Shown piece after piece: positions 48,694 to 60,241 of a stretch of 64,000 nucleotides of DNA. Position numbers and translations under genes: made by a program. The first letter of the stretch is position 1. Every line of letters begins with the position of its first letter. Source of the stretch: Bilabrum cf. latius. Taxonomy: Eukaryota. Where the stretch lies: positions 1,116,001 to 1,180,000 of the forward strand of contig OZ237749.1 in assembly GCA_965178125.1 (NCBI GenBank). The letters run 5' to 3'. The notes beneath the pieces were generated by a model. The model saw nothing but the letters and a program-made list of their open reading frames with translations. It ran no database searches and had not been told where the DNA came from.

Positions 48694-51600
48694 TCACGTC
48701 TGCCCACCCTCCTGCTCCTCCTAGTGCAGCCTGCCACCGATTCCCTCAGTGGCAGGGTCAGCATCCTGCACCGCGCTTGCTTCATCGGCTGCCTTGGCAC
48801 TGGCCTCGCTGGAGCCATCACCATCACCTGCTCCACTCGCCGCCCCTCCAGCACCCTTGTCTCCGTCCATCTCGCCGGCAGACCCGCCACTGTCTGGCCC
48901 CGCAATGGCAATGAGCTCGTCCACAGCACTATCGTCTTCGTCCATGACCTTGCTGCCCGCACTGCCCTTGCTGTCCCGGTCGCCGTCCAGAGACGCCGCC
49001 ATGGCCCCCATGCTGGCGCTGAGTGCCCTCGGGCGCGAGTGCGGGCCCACCGCGGTGGTGGCACCTCCCCCCTGCGCGATGCCCAGCACGGCCTCCTCCC
49101 GCTCGGACGGGTCATCCTCCAGGTGCTCCAGACTCACCAGCCCGGAGCCGAGGGCGCCATCCTCGGCCTCCTCCTCGTCTGGCCGGGGCGTGGACCTCCG
49201 CAGCAGGGCAGGATCCGCATCCAGCTCGTCCGCTGCCTGCACCACCGCGGCGGAGGGCCGGTGGTCGTCCCTGGGAGCCTCCACAGATAGGTCAATCGAG
49301 TCCTTCCCGTCGTCAAGCACGCCGTCTGGCGAAGAGCTTGCGCCCGCCGGGCTCGCCGCCGATCCACCAGAGGCCGCGCTGGCCCCGCCTGTGCTTCGTC
49401 CTCGCGGGGATGCACTCGGCAGCTTTGGGGGGTCCACAGACTTGCTTCCGCTAGCCGCCCCCGCCGAGCCGCCCTCAGTGGGAGCCGCTCTCGAGTCCCG
49501 CCCATCTGGCCCCAGGGCCATCGCCCCAGGAATGCCCCGCTTCGCCTCTGCTCCCACCTCACCGTCTGGATCCGCAGACAGCGCGCGCAGGGCGGGCAGC
49601 ACCTCCTCCAATTTCACCAGCCAGCCCAGGCGCCTGTTGGATGGAACCCACACTGCAGAATCGCCGTCTGATGTGCTGCCTGCTGCAGGGGCCATTGAAG
49701 ACGTGGATGCCGCCGTGCTCCCTGCAGCTGGCTTCTCTGCCCCGCCCGCGGCAGCTCCCGCTGTACCGGTGGTGCCGCCCTCCACTGATTCCGATATTAC
49801 GGCCGCACCGCTCGTTCCCTCCTCCTTCGGTTTGGCCTTGCTGCGACTGCCGTCATCCTCCTCGGGCCCAGCCCCACTGCGGGCCTAGCTCACAGCCGCG
49901 CCCACCGCCGCGGTGAGCTGCCGCACCAGCAGCAGCCGCACGTTCACCACGGGGTCCTCGGCCAGAGCTAGCAGGCCCGGCAAGAAGGTCGTCTGGAAGC
50001 GCTCCCTGCTGGCATCATCCGAGCCCGCCGCCCCCGCCTCGGCCATGGCAACGTGGATGAACAGGCGCCGCTGCTTGCTCTTGGCAGACACCGCCAGCCC
50101 CAGGAGCCTCTCCTCCACCGCGTGCCGGAAGGACTCGTCTGCCTCGCCGAGTCGTCGCAGCAGCGGCGGCAAGAGCGCAGCAGCAGCCTCTCTGACATCT
50201 GCGACTGGGTCGGCAAGCAGTCTCTGAGCGAATGGAACCACCACGCTGAAAGTAGCGGCAGGCGAGAAGATGTGGGCAAGCGTGTGGATCTGCGCAGCCA
50301 AGTCTAGGCGGGCCCTCCACTTGAGGGGGGAGGACTGCTGCAGGACCTCCTCAAGAACTGGCAGGTAGGACTCTCTGCACTCGGGGCTCAGGGCACCGAG
50401 GAATGCAGCCAGGTGCCGCACCACCCCCGCTCTCACGTCCTCGGTATCACGGCGGTACACATCAAACACGGGACAGAGATCCTTCTCTGCGATTTCGGGA
50501 CCTACGATGCGGGCTAGCTCGTGCATTGAGTGCGCCAGCGGCTTGCGCACCTGCACCTTGGGGTGTCTGCACAGCCGCACGAAGACCGGCTTCAGCACCT
50601 CCTTCCACCGATCCTTGCCCACCGCCAGGCACACTGCCGGGAAATTAAACGCGCAAAAGACGGTGAGCTCGGCATCTGCAGCGGACTGCACCCCAGCCCC
50701 CGGGGGCTGTGTCACTGACCCCGGTGCGGCTGGCCCCTGGCCCGAGCCTCCCCCCGCTGTGGGGACGTGCACCTGACCCCTGGGTAGGTCGGGGGCCATG
50801 GAGGCGTACAAGTGCAGGAGCTTGACCGGGATGTCCGCCGGCGGCAGCGTGGCGATGAAAGCGCCCAGGTGCTGGAAGGCAGAGGCCCTGACCCACCTGG
50901 AGGTGTCTCCCGCGAGGGACTCGAGGACGGGGACGAGGGCCTCGATGCGGGCGGGGGGGGACAGCGCCTTGGACACGCTCACGAGGCTCTCGGCGCAAGC
51001 CCGCCGCACCGTGTGCATGGAGTCCTCCGAAAGTCGCAGAAAGGCAGGGAGCAGCTCTGCAGCAGCTACCGCGGGCCCCACCGCCCTGCAGATCGAGTCC
51101 AGGTTGAGAGCCGCGGCCTTTCGCACTCGGAACACAGGGTCCTAGGCCAGGTAGCAGATCTCGGGGACCACGAACTGCTGGCACAAAGTGGGGCCCAGTG
51201 TGTTGGCCAGCTCGTTCATGAGAACGGCCGCAGTGGTCCTCAGGTCGTCCTTGTCGTCCTTCTTGGCCAGCCGAATCGCAATCGTGAGGACGCGCTCGCC
51301 CAGGTCTGCCACCGTCACCAGGTCGGCGATTGCAACCAGTGCTTCTCCCGCTGCTATTCGAACTTCGGGCTGAGCATCCGCTACTAATCTCTCCAGCTCG
51401 GGCAGCAACGTATCTATCACTGCTTTGTACCCGGCACCGGCTGGTTCTCGCACGAGCACAGCGGCAAGTCCTGCAACCTGCTCCGCCACATGCTGTCGAA
51501 CAATGAATTCCTCATCCCGCGCAAGAGTGGGGAGTAGCGGGAGCACCTTTGTCTTGACTTCCTCGAATCTGTGAGAGTGGCGAGAGGGAGAGCTGCGCGT

Positions 51601-51936
51601 GCGGCCATGCAGTCAATAGAGTCCAGCGGTGTTGCCAACACAAATTCTGTGCAACCTCACGGAGTTGATTTGGCTACATCGGCTATAATTTTGACGTGCA
51701 CAAGCCGCTGCAATGCGATTGAGGAGCACGAGTACTACACTATCCTGTCGATGTCCGCGAGGTTGTCGTCGAATGTAAGATCTTCGAAGGTTGGCCCTGG
51801 CGTTGATGCTGCGAAAAAATGCATTGGTCCATCAAATGTATGCCGTCACGGTTCCCTATCGATGTCATTGCAGGCGAACCGTGATCTGAAATTTCATTTT
51901 CTCACGCCTTGCCTCATCCATCATGCCGCCTGCCAT
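48694..51936 (-). CDS. PPP4R1: Protein phosphatase 4 regulatory subunit 1-like HEAT-repeat protein
   Basis: D.VFRVRKAAA, DTSRWVRASAFQHLGAFI, CAFNFPAV, VRKPLAHSMHELA, KWRAR. Two 5' introns (~51810-51905, 51569-51660). Four TAGs. Ends TGA. Confidence 0.85.
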
Positions 51937-52319
51937 GACTTGACTAGGCTACCTCTTGTTCCTTGTTACGCTGTGTGCAATAGAACAAACCTTTGTACAA
52001 CCTACAGATATGCAAAGGGCGTAAAATACACACGCTTGAGGGAATAATAAGCTGCAGGTTGGCTTGATCGCGGTGCATCGGCGAGAGTGTGATGAGGATG
52101 CCGATGTTGGCGAAAAGTGGCGTGCAAGACGGCTGCTGTGCGCAACATTCAGTGCCATTGTATTGTGTCAGAATACGAAGAGGGTTGTCTGTGTCAGCGA
52201 GGCACAGCTATACAATCATCGGCCCGCGGCAACCCCTTCCCCCGTGCTCGCCACGGCGCTCTAGATACTAGTCTACAAACCCGAGGAGCCGGGTGCAGCC
52301 CTGTCAACAGTCATCGTGC

Positions 52320-54134
52320 TCACATGCGCATGTGGTTTGTTCTGCGGCGGAACCAGTTGTAGTCGGGCAGCTCGTGCGAGTTGCCCACCGCGGCCAGAGC
52401 CAGGTCGTGGTCAGTCACCACCGCGCTGGCGGCCTTCTGCAGTGAGTCCAGGCTCACGGCATCCACGCGAGCAAACACCTCGGCTGGGGTCATGCGCCGC
52501 CCGTATGTGAGCATCTGCCGCCCGATGTCCTCGAATACCTCGGTGGATCCGTCCAGCTGCATAAGCATCTTGGCCTTGAGCTGGGCCTTGCCGCGGGCCA
52601 GCTCGTCCTCGTTCACCTCGTAGGCCAGGCGGGCCACCTCGTGCATCACGTGGTAGGCGCACATCCACTGCTGGGTGGGTGGGGCAGTCCAGTGCACGCC
52701 GAACAGGCCAGTGTCCTTGTACGTGGTGTTGAAGGCAGACACGGAGTGGGCGAAGTTGCCCTCTGCCAGCCTCCTGCAGAGCCCAGAGGCCATGTTGACT
52801 CCCTGTCCCATGGACCGGTCCCACTGGCCAAGGAGCTGCTGCATCACCATCAGCGGGAAGGCGTGCGCGTCCGTCCAACCGCCAGTCTAGAAGGCCACAG
52901 CCACGTGCGTGAGCGGCTGGGCATCGTCCCGCATGCGCAGGTCGGATCCGACGAAGTGCGCCGGGTCGGAAGGCGCCGTCACGAGGGCGCCATCCTTGGC
53001 ATCGTGCCCAGCCAGACTGCCGAAGTGCTTGTCGGCCAGCGACGCAAGCGAGTCGTGGTCCACTGCGCCTGCACCAGCCACCACCACACGGGGGCCCGTG
53101 TAGTGCGTTCGGATGTAGGAGCGCAGGTCCTCTGCCTGCAGCCTCTGGATGTTCTCCCTGGGGCCCAGGATGGTCTTGCCAAGGCCAGCGTCGGGGAAGG
53201 CAGTCTCGTGCAGCTTGTCGAAGACGACCTCCTCCATGCTCTTCTCCACCTCCTCCATCTCGCGGAGGATCACGCCCCTCTCCTCCTCGATCGATGCACT
53301 GGCGAACTCGCTGTCCTGCAAGATGTCGGCCAGAATCTCCATGGCCACCGGCACGTCCTGCTTGAACACCTTGGCGAAGTATACGGTGTGCTCGCGGCTC
53401 GTGTACGCATTCAAATGGCCGCCAATGTTCTCAATCTGCTCTTCCAACTGGTTCCGAGTGCGTGACTTAGTGCCCTTGAAAATCATATGCTCCAGGAAGT
53501 GAGCAACGCCGTTGTTAGCTTCGGTCTCGTACCGGCTGCCAGCATCCACAAAGACACCAACGGTTGCTGTCTCTCCGTGACCACCCTGCGACACTAATAC
53601 GAAGACAATAAACCACATAAACACAATCACCGAAAATTTGCAGCACCAGATCGCCGTCGTGCGCCTTGCCTCACCTCAGATGCGACGCGCACGCCATTCT
53701 TCAAGGTTGATACTTCAGTGGCAGGAGCGTTCAGTACGTGCGGGGGGAACTTTTCTGCTAGACTCTGCTCCTGCTGAACAGGGCGAGCTGACGAGAAGGC
53801 CCTGATGCGAGACCGCAGGCAGGTCGCAAGGGTTGACTGCGAGCATCTTGTGAACGTCAAAAAGCTTTGTGGGAATCATAGCTGCAGCAATGCAGCAAAT
53901 GCGGGCTCGAAGGACAAACACTACAATCTATTTGCAGCATACGGTGACAACTCGGAAAAGCCCAAATCAGTGCGTCTAGCATGCGACAAAAACAATGGTG
54001 CTTGATGTAGCAGATCGCTGAACTGATGCCCTTCGTACCACACGAATTAATATCGTCATTCAGCGGGACGAATTTGACGTAAAACTTACCGAGCGCCCTT
54101 GGACGCGCCTAATAGCGCCTCGAATTGCTGCCAT
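52320..54134 (-). CDS. PMPCB: Mitochondrial processing peptidase beta subunit (M16 family)
   Basis: [23 protein letters not shown] (HxxEH), [24 protein letters not shown]. Introns 53837-54089 and 53586-53674. TAG at 52887. Ends TGA. Confidence 0.93.
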
Positions 54135-54301
54135 GGTACACCAGGCGGGACAATGCATCTCCCATCGGGAACTGATTTAGCAGTACCCTACTTTGCAGAA
54201 ATACAGATTCTGATATTTTGAATTGTCCAGTGTCCTTTGGGAATGTGGCTCGATTTTAAGCCACAAGAAGGCCTTCCGAGCATTACTTGGAACCGAAAGG
54301 C

Positions 54302-54775
54302 ATGTCTGCATCATCATCTTCAGCGTCTCCCGGCGCAGGGGAGATGATAAGGCTGCCACCCCACGTCTCTAGAGTACTGTTCGTGAAGCATCTCCCCTTC
54401 AAGATTACTGCCAAAGAAATGTATGATGTGTTTGGAAAGTACGGAGCTATTCGCCAAATTAGGCTCGGAGACCCTGTAAATAAGAAAACGCGGGGGACTG
54501 CTTTCGTTGTATATCAAGATATCATCGATGCAAAGAGCGCAGTGGACCATCTTTCGGGCTTTGCAGTTGGGGGTAGGTACCTGCTGGTGATGTACTATTA
54601 GCCACATAAGAAGCGCCGGGTAAAAACATTGGAGGAGCAGCGCGCAGAGCTCGAGGCACTCAAGCGTAAGCACGGTCTTGACGAGGAGATGGACGGGTTG
54701 CCGACGAGAGCTGGTCTTGCAGCAAGTCGCGAAACAGAATCAACAATGAGTCTTGCGTCATCAAGCAAGCTCTAA
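54302..54775 (+). CDS. SF3B6: Splicing factor SF3B6 (p14)
   Basis: [43 protein letters not shown] (TAG at 54599). Ends TAA. Confidence 0.95.
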
Positions 54776-54806
54776 GTATACGTCATTACGAACGGGGTTC
54801 CTGTTG

Positions 54807-57800
54807 TCAGCCAGGCATGCCGTCCCTATTGGGCAGCGAGCTGATTCGATCGTCATCTACGCGGTAAACGTGGGGCCCGCTCGTCTGCCTATCAGGGGCC
54901 AACCGCGAACCCTCCCCATCCAGCCTCTGGATGACCAAACCCCTCACAAGCAGCGTAGGCTTGGATTCCTGTGAGCCACGTTCGCGAGGCAAGTCCGGTA
55001 GTTTCCGAACATGCGTGCTGCGCATCGACTCCAGCTCGCGTCTGTGCGCGAGCCCGACAGAGGCAGCCTGACCCTCTCGGGCAGATGAGAGCGCTGCACG
55101 GCGCCGCTCAGCGTGAGACCATGCCACTGAAGCCGCTGCATACATGTGTGCAGGCCGGCTGCGATGGCATGCAGGGGTATCTGGTCGAAAGGTACGACGA
55201 TGTGCAGCACCTGCGCTTGGGTCAGTTGATGCTGCAGTGTCCACCGCCCGGATTCCAGCCAGCAGGCAGGCTGCTACGCGTGCCTCTGGAGGTGGGTTGT
55301 AGTTGTCGTCGGGATGGCTCGTGGAGGCATATCTGTGGCACGACTCTGCCTCGAGGGCTACCGCACGGACCCACTCAGGGTTGGCCCGTGAGAATGAGAG
55401 AAGGGCATGGGCGATGCTGCCGGGGCAGCGCCCTGCAAGGCCATGACCGTGCAAGTTGGCCTGCATGCGCGTCCCTCGGTACTCGCCCTCCGATTGAAAG
55501 AGGCCGTCATAGACAGGCTGGCGATGCCTATGGTTCTAGCCCGCAACCGAATGCTCCGCTTGCCGACGCTGGTCCGAGGCCCCACTGCCCGCCGCTTGGC
55601 TGCTTGAGGTTGCATTGAGTTCACCTGTTGGTTTCTAGTCCTGTGCACATTCCCACCCGGCCTCCTGTGCTCCGACTGCAGCTTGCCCCTGCACCAAAGC
55701 GCCCCAGAGCTAGGTCTTGCACGCCACGAGCTGTGCGTGCACGACAGGGTCAGGGTCAAGTTCCAAATCCATGAGGCTATTATCACACACTGCACCAATC
55801 CCAGGCAGTACCACTGTCCTTTCCTCCAGCACGCGCGCAATCCTGGGTGCTTTTCTGGGCAGCACCACAGCCAGCAGCACCGGCAGGAACAGCACTCCAC
55901 CGATCTCTGAGAGTAACAGCCACAGCCTGTGCTTCAGATGCTCCGAAGAAACCTCGTCCCGGACGGAAGCATGCGACGACTTGGACAGCCAATGCTCCGG
56001 CACCCTGTGGAAGTATGCCGCCATATTTCGCATGGAACCCACCGGATCCAGCCAGGCGCTCTCGTGCCCTGGCACCATGCCTCGAGCTGCGGCGACGATC
56101 GCTGCCAGGATGGCAGCGTACCAGACAAGGGAGAATCCCCCAGCAGGAATGAATAGACTGACCGCAAGTCTATTCGACAGTAGGGACGGGAGCACGGCAC
56201 ATGCCAGCAGGGCGCTTGCGATGAATGCCACCGTCCGGGCGACCGCTGCCATGCAGGGGCTCTGGAACTGCTACAGGTATCGGTCGGCATGCACAGCAGC
56301 TGCGCCAGAGCGCTGCTGCAGCGTGTGTGGCATCTCGTTCACCTCGCGCATGCGCCACAGAGACCAAGGAGACCATTTGCGAGGTCCAAAGTAGTCACCG
56401 GAAGCTCGTGCCTCGCCAATGTGGTGCAGCATAGAGTACAGCAGCAGGCCCAGCAGCACCACCGGCAGTGCAAATACCGACACTAATGCTAGCACCAGTA
56501 ACCTGTACCTCAAGCTAGCGTGGTCCTTGAGAAAATCGCGACGCAGTGCATGATCCGCCGATGCGGACGAGACCATTGGAGCGAGAAAGGCCTGCTGCAT
56601 GACCCACTCCAGCGCACCGCCCACCGGAAAAGAAATACGGATGCGGCACATGGACTCATCGTCGCTGATTTCATGTGTATCTAGCTTGTGCGCTGGCTCG
56701 GGCCGACCAGGACCCACAGCTGCGGCCGAGCGGTTCGGAGCTGCAGCCACGCGTGCTTCGGAGCTGACTGCGCCATCTCGCATCTCTATGTATGCGCTGC
56801 TACCCTAGTAGCTGCTATTATACGACTACATCCCAGCAGCTACACTGCCCAATCCCCCATGCTTAAGGTCAGACACACTCGCAGACGTGGACCATGCCGG
56901 GCTCTGCATTGAACCGCCTGCTCCTGCCTCGCTACTCTCGCACCCCGCCCTATAGCATGCAGATGCCACGGCTGATTCTATCTCGCTTGTGTCTCGGCCA
57001 CAAATTCCGCCGCAGCATACAAAAGCACCGATAGCCCCAGCAGCTCTCCACAGGTCTGCTGGGAGCTGCATCTCTAGTTCATTCAGCACGCCAGTGTGGG
57101 CCAGCATCAGGAAGTAGTTCTCTTGCCGGAGGATGCGGACTGCCACTTCATGAGGTGCCAGCAGCAGCTGTTTCAGCTCGTAATGATGGGTTTCATCCAC
57201 AGCTAGGCTGGGTGTTGGGTGTGCTTCGGGCAGTCTCGAAGAGCTCTCCTCGCCACGGGGCGCATCGGATGGAGCGGCTGTGGCTGCATCGCCTGACGTT
57301 GCTCCGAGGGACGACGAACGGGGCGCGTCCCAATCCTAGAATACCCTCAATGATCCACTGTCGTTATCATTGTTTGGGACATCGCCTGCAGAGGTGTACC
57401 CCGTGGTCGACCCGTCCGTTGATGTGTCGTTGTCGTACCCGCCTGCCAGAGCAAGGGCACTGCCGCTCCTTTCTTGCCCCGCGTCTGAACCATACTGCTG
57501 CTAAATGCGCCATGGCTCGCCTTGCAGAGGTCTCCAATTCGCACGGATGCGTAGACGACCGGATGCGACTACCTTTTCAACTTGTTCCACAATGCTGGGC
57601 CAGCTGGAGGCCTGCAGCCCGGCCTCATCCAGGCCCAGGCACTTCTCGAACAGCAGGGCCACTGGCCTTGCGTGCGCAAGCTGTATTGTAGCCCGTACTC
57701 CAGCACCCATTGTGACGATTATCATGCCGATCAGATACGCCAGCGCGACTCCTCTCCTGAACCCCTGGGGGTCGTCACGGAGTACACCGGCCCCTCGCAT

Positions 57801-58688
57801 CGCAGGTGCAACCCAATCAGTTTCAAACAGATGCTTCGAGGCATGCGTGCATGCAGACGTGTCTCCCTCAGATGGGGCGGATGGTACATACAGGGTGCAG
57901 TTTCCTGCCGCCGCCGAGCCCAGCGCAGCACGAGGCCAGGCAAGGTCCGGCTGCCCGTTGGCCTCCTCGGCGCAAGCAACGATTGCAGGCCAGTTCACAG
58001 CCCCCACTAGCAGGAATGGCAATACTGCTGTTGCTAGCAGTGTGATCACCTGCGATGCTTTCCTCGCAGCCATGGGCCCGAAGCCGCCCTCGTAAAAGAG
58101 ATAGTACACTCTTCGCCAGAACTCGTCCAGATCATTGCCTGGCTCCAGCCATGCTACCTATGATTCAGGAGTCTCGCGTTCATATTGCGCAGAAAAGACG
58201 CCTGTCTTGTCTGTACTTCGTGTTTTGCGTATTCTTACCGATCGTTTGCTTTCTTCTCTGGATCCGAACGTAGATTCCTCCGAATGCTCGATGCGTCTTC
58301 CCGTTCTACCAGGTGACCTGCTGGGAGAGCCTTCACCAAAGTTCAATCCCATATTATCCCAGCCCGGGTACGAATCTTCAGATTCCGATCTCCCGAAGCC
58401 CTGCAGCTGCGGTGAATCGGGAGTTTTAGCCTGTATTCTGCTTGCATCCGTGTTGTAATGCAGCCGAGCTTCGCTTGCAGCGGCATGTCCCCCAGACACC
58501 TTGAGACGCTCGCGCTACCCAAACAAAAGTGCACCCAATGCTGACTGGTGGCTTGAATGGCCTACAGTTTGATCCTATGGGAACAGACGACTGGATTCAT
58601 CGGCTAACTAAGCACCCGAGGACGGCCCAGACTACCTAGCCACTTCATTTAATTCCACCCCTTGCCGTGGTGACACTATTCTCTGCAT
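54807..58688 (-). CDS. ATG9: Autophagy protein ATG9
   Basis: DLDEFW.RVY..FYEGGF, RILRQENYF, R.WSP...WRMREVNEMPH, HRVPEHW, GIGAVC, LLSF...NPEW. One frame with ~13 TAGs. Ends TGA. Confidence 0.87.
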
Positions 58689-59120
58689 TAATTGAATAAA
58701 AATGGTGAATTTGTGGCGAAGTGTACTCATTGGAAGGCGTGAGACTCTAAAGCAGACGCCAGACATGCAACGCTCGTGGCCTCACATCGTGCTGTGATCT
58801 CGACAAGTTGTCAAATACATCATCATCCATAGACTTTTATCGTAGTATTCAATAAAGAGAGTAAACAAAGCGATTAAGTTTCTATTTCAGTTAGGAACGG
58901 AGCCGGAAAGATTTTAGTCGTTGTGAACCAGAGAAGGTTCGCCGAGGTGAAGGGCGGTTCGCTCGCCGTGATCGCCATGCTGTGGACGTATATTCAAGGC
59001 TCAAAACCATGCATACATACGGCTATACGAATATCAACGTCTGGTGTACATGCACAAATCCCCGTCAGACCCCAACCATCACGTCCCAGCATGCACCCGT
59101 CTGTGCATGAGGCAACACCT

Positions 59121-60013
59121 TCACTGGCGACCGCTGTAGCGCAGGGGGTTGGAAGACAGCACCGCGATCTTGCTCTTGTCCTTGGCGATGTAGTTGCGCT
59201 TGGGGGCAGCCCACCTCTCGCCGATGTCGTGGTGGTCGCGCATCGGCTTGGCGCGCTCGCTCTTGTCCCACGTCACGTCAGGGGACGTGAAGAGATGGCG
59301 GCTGGACATGTACCCACACCTGCGTGAGTTTGTGACGATGTACTTCAGAATCTGGCAACAATACTCCAGAGCAGTGTAGCACAGAGTGGTATCGGCACTG
59401 CGCTGATGCAGTGATGCGAAGCTAAGAAACCGTAGAAACTTACCAAGCAACGGCGACTGCGCAGCTCGCCAGCACAGGGTATGTCTGCAAATAGTGATAA
59501 AAAGCGAACGCGCCGAAAAATGGTTGATTTTCGGAAGCGTAGATGGCACAGCCATGCCCAGGGAAGAAGCATCGTCAGCGCAACGGAGCCCAGCTTCACG
59601 ACTCGGTGCGCCACGCCCTTGCCGATAGAGAAAACGAGGCTATGATTTTATCAGCATCGTTGCGAACGCGCCTTGCGTAAGGCACTTGGGGGCCCCCAAA
59701 TCGGAAGATGCGGCGTTCCAAGACTATGCCTCGACAGCCACCGTGTAGGCCGAACAGCTTCCAATGTGCTCAGCTTTGGAGGACCTGGTGTGGTCAAATA
59801 TGTCCCATACATTCCAGCCGATTTAATTGCGTTTACATCGCTTCTACACCCGAAACTACAGCTGGTGAGCAAGTGCCGTTTGCACAGCCAAAGAGAATCC
59901 GACCGCACACCCATAACTCAAGTGCTGCAAGGACAGCATGCAATTCTACAACTTACACCGGAATCGCTGAACCAGACGCGGCGGATGTTGTTCGAAACGA
60001 CGCGGCCAGACAT
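59121..60013 (-). CDS. NDUFA4: NDUFA4/B12D family small mitochondrial membrane protein
   Basis: Spliced product MSGRVVSNNIRRVWFSDSG|TYPVLASCAVAVAW|CGYMSSRHLFTSPDVTWDK. Introns 59485-59956 and 59320-59443. Ends TGA. Confidence 0.75.
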
Positions 60014-60241
60014 GCTTGCTTCGGCTTTAAGTTGAGTTGTGTGGACGACCTGCGATTTGGGCTCCGCGATTTGCGACCATTCCATTTTTGATAACGTGTG
60101 CCTTTGATATACAGATCTGCAAGACGTTTGCAAGTGCAAGTGGCAGTCTTCGAATAGAGGCAGTAGACACTTTACTTCGGTGCTATATTAATCTGAGCTA
60201 GTGCCTATTTCCTTCTGTACGGGGATTGTCTGCACGTCATC

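Noticed and set aside
53837-54089. H/ACA snoRNA in the first MPP-beta intron
   Set aside because: A hairpin (cgctgaa...ttcagcg) and an ANANNA-like hexamer are present, but no convincing second hairpin with an ACA box.
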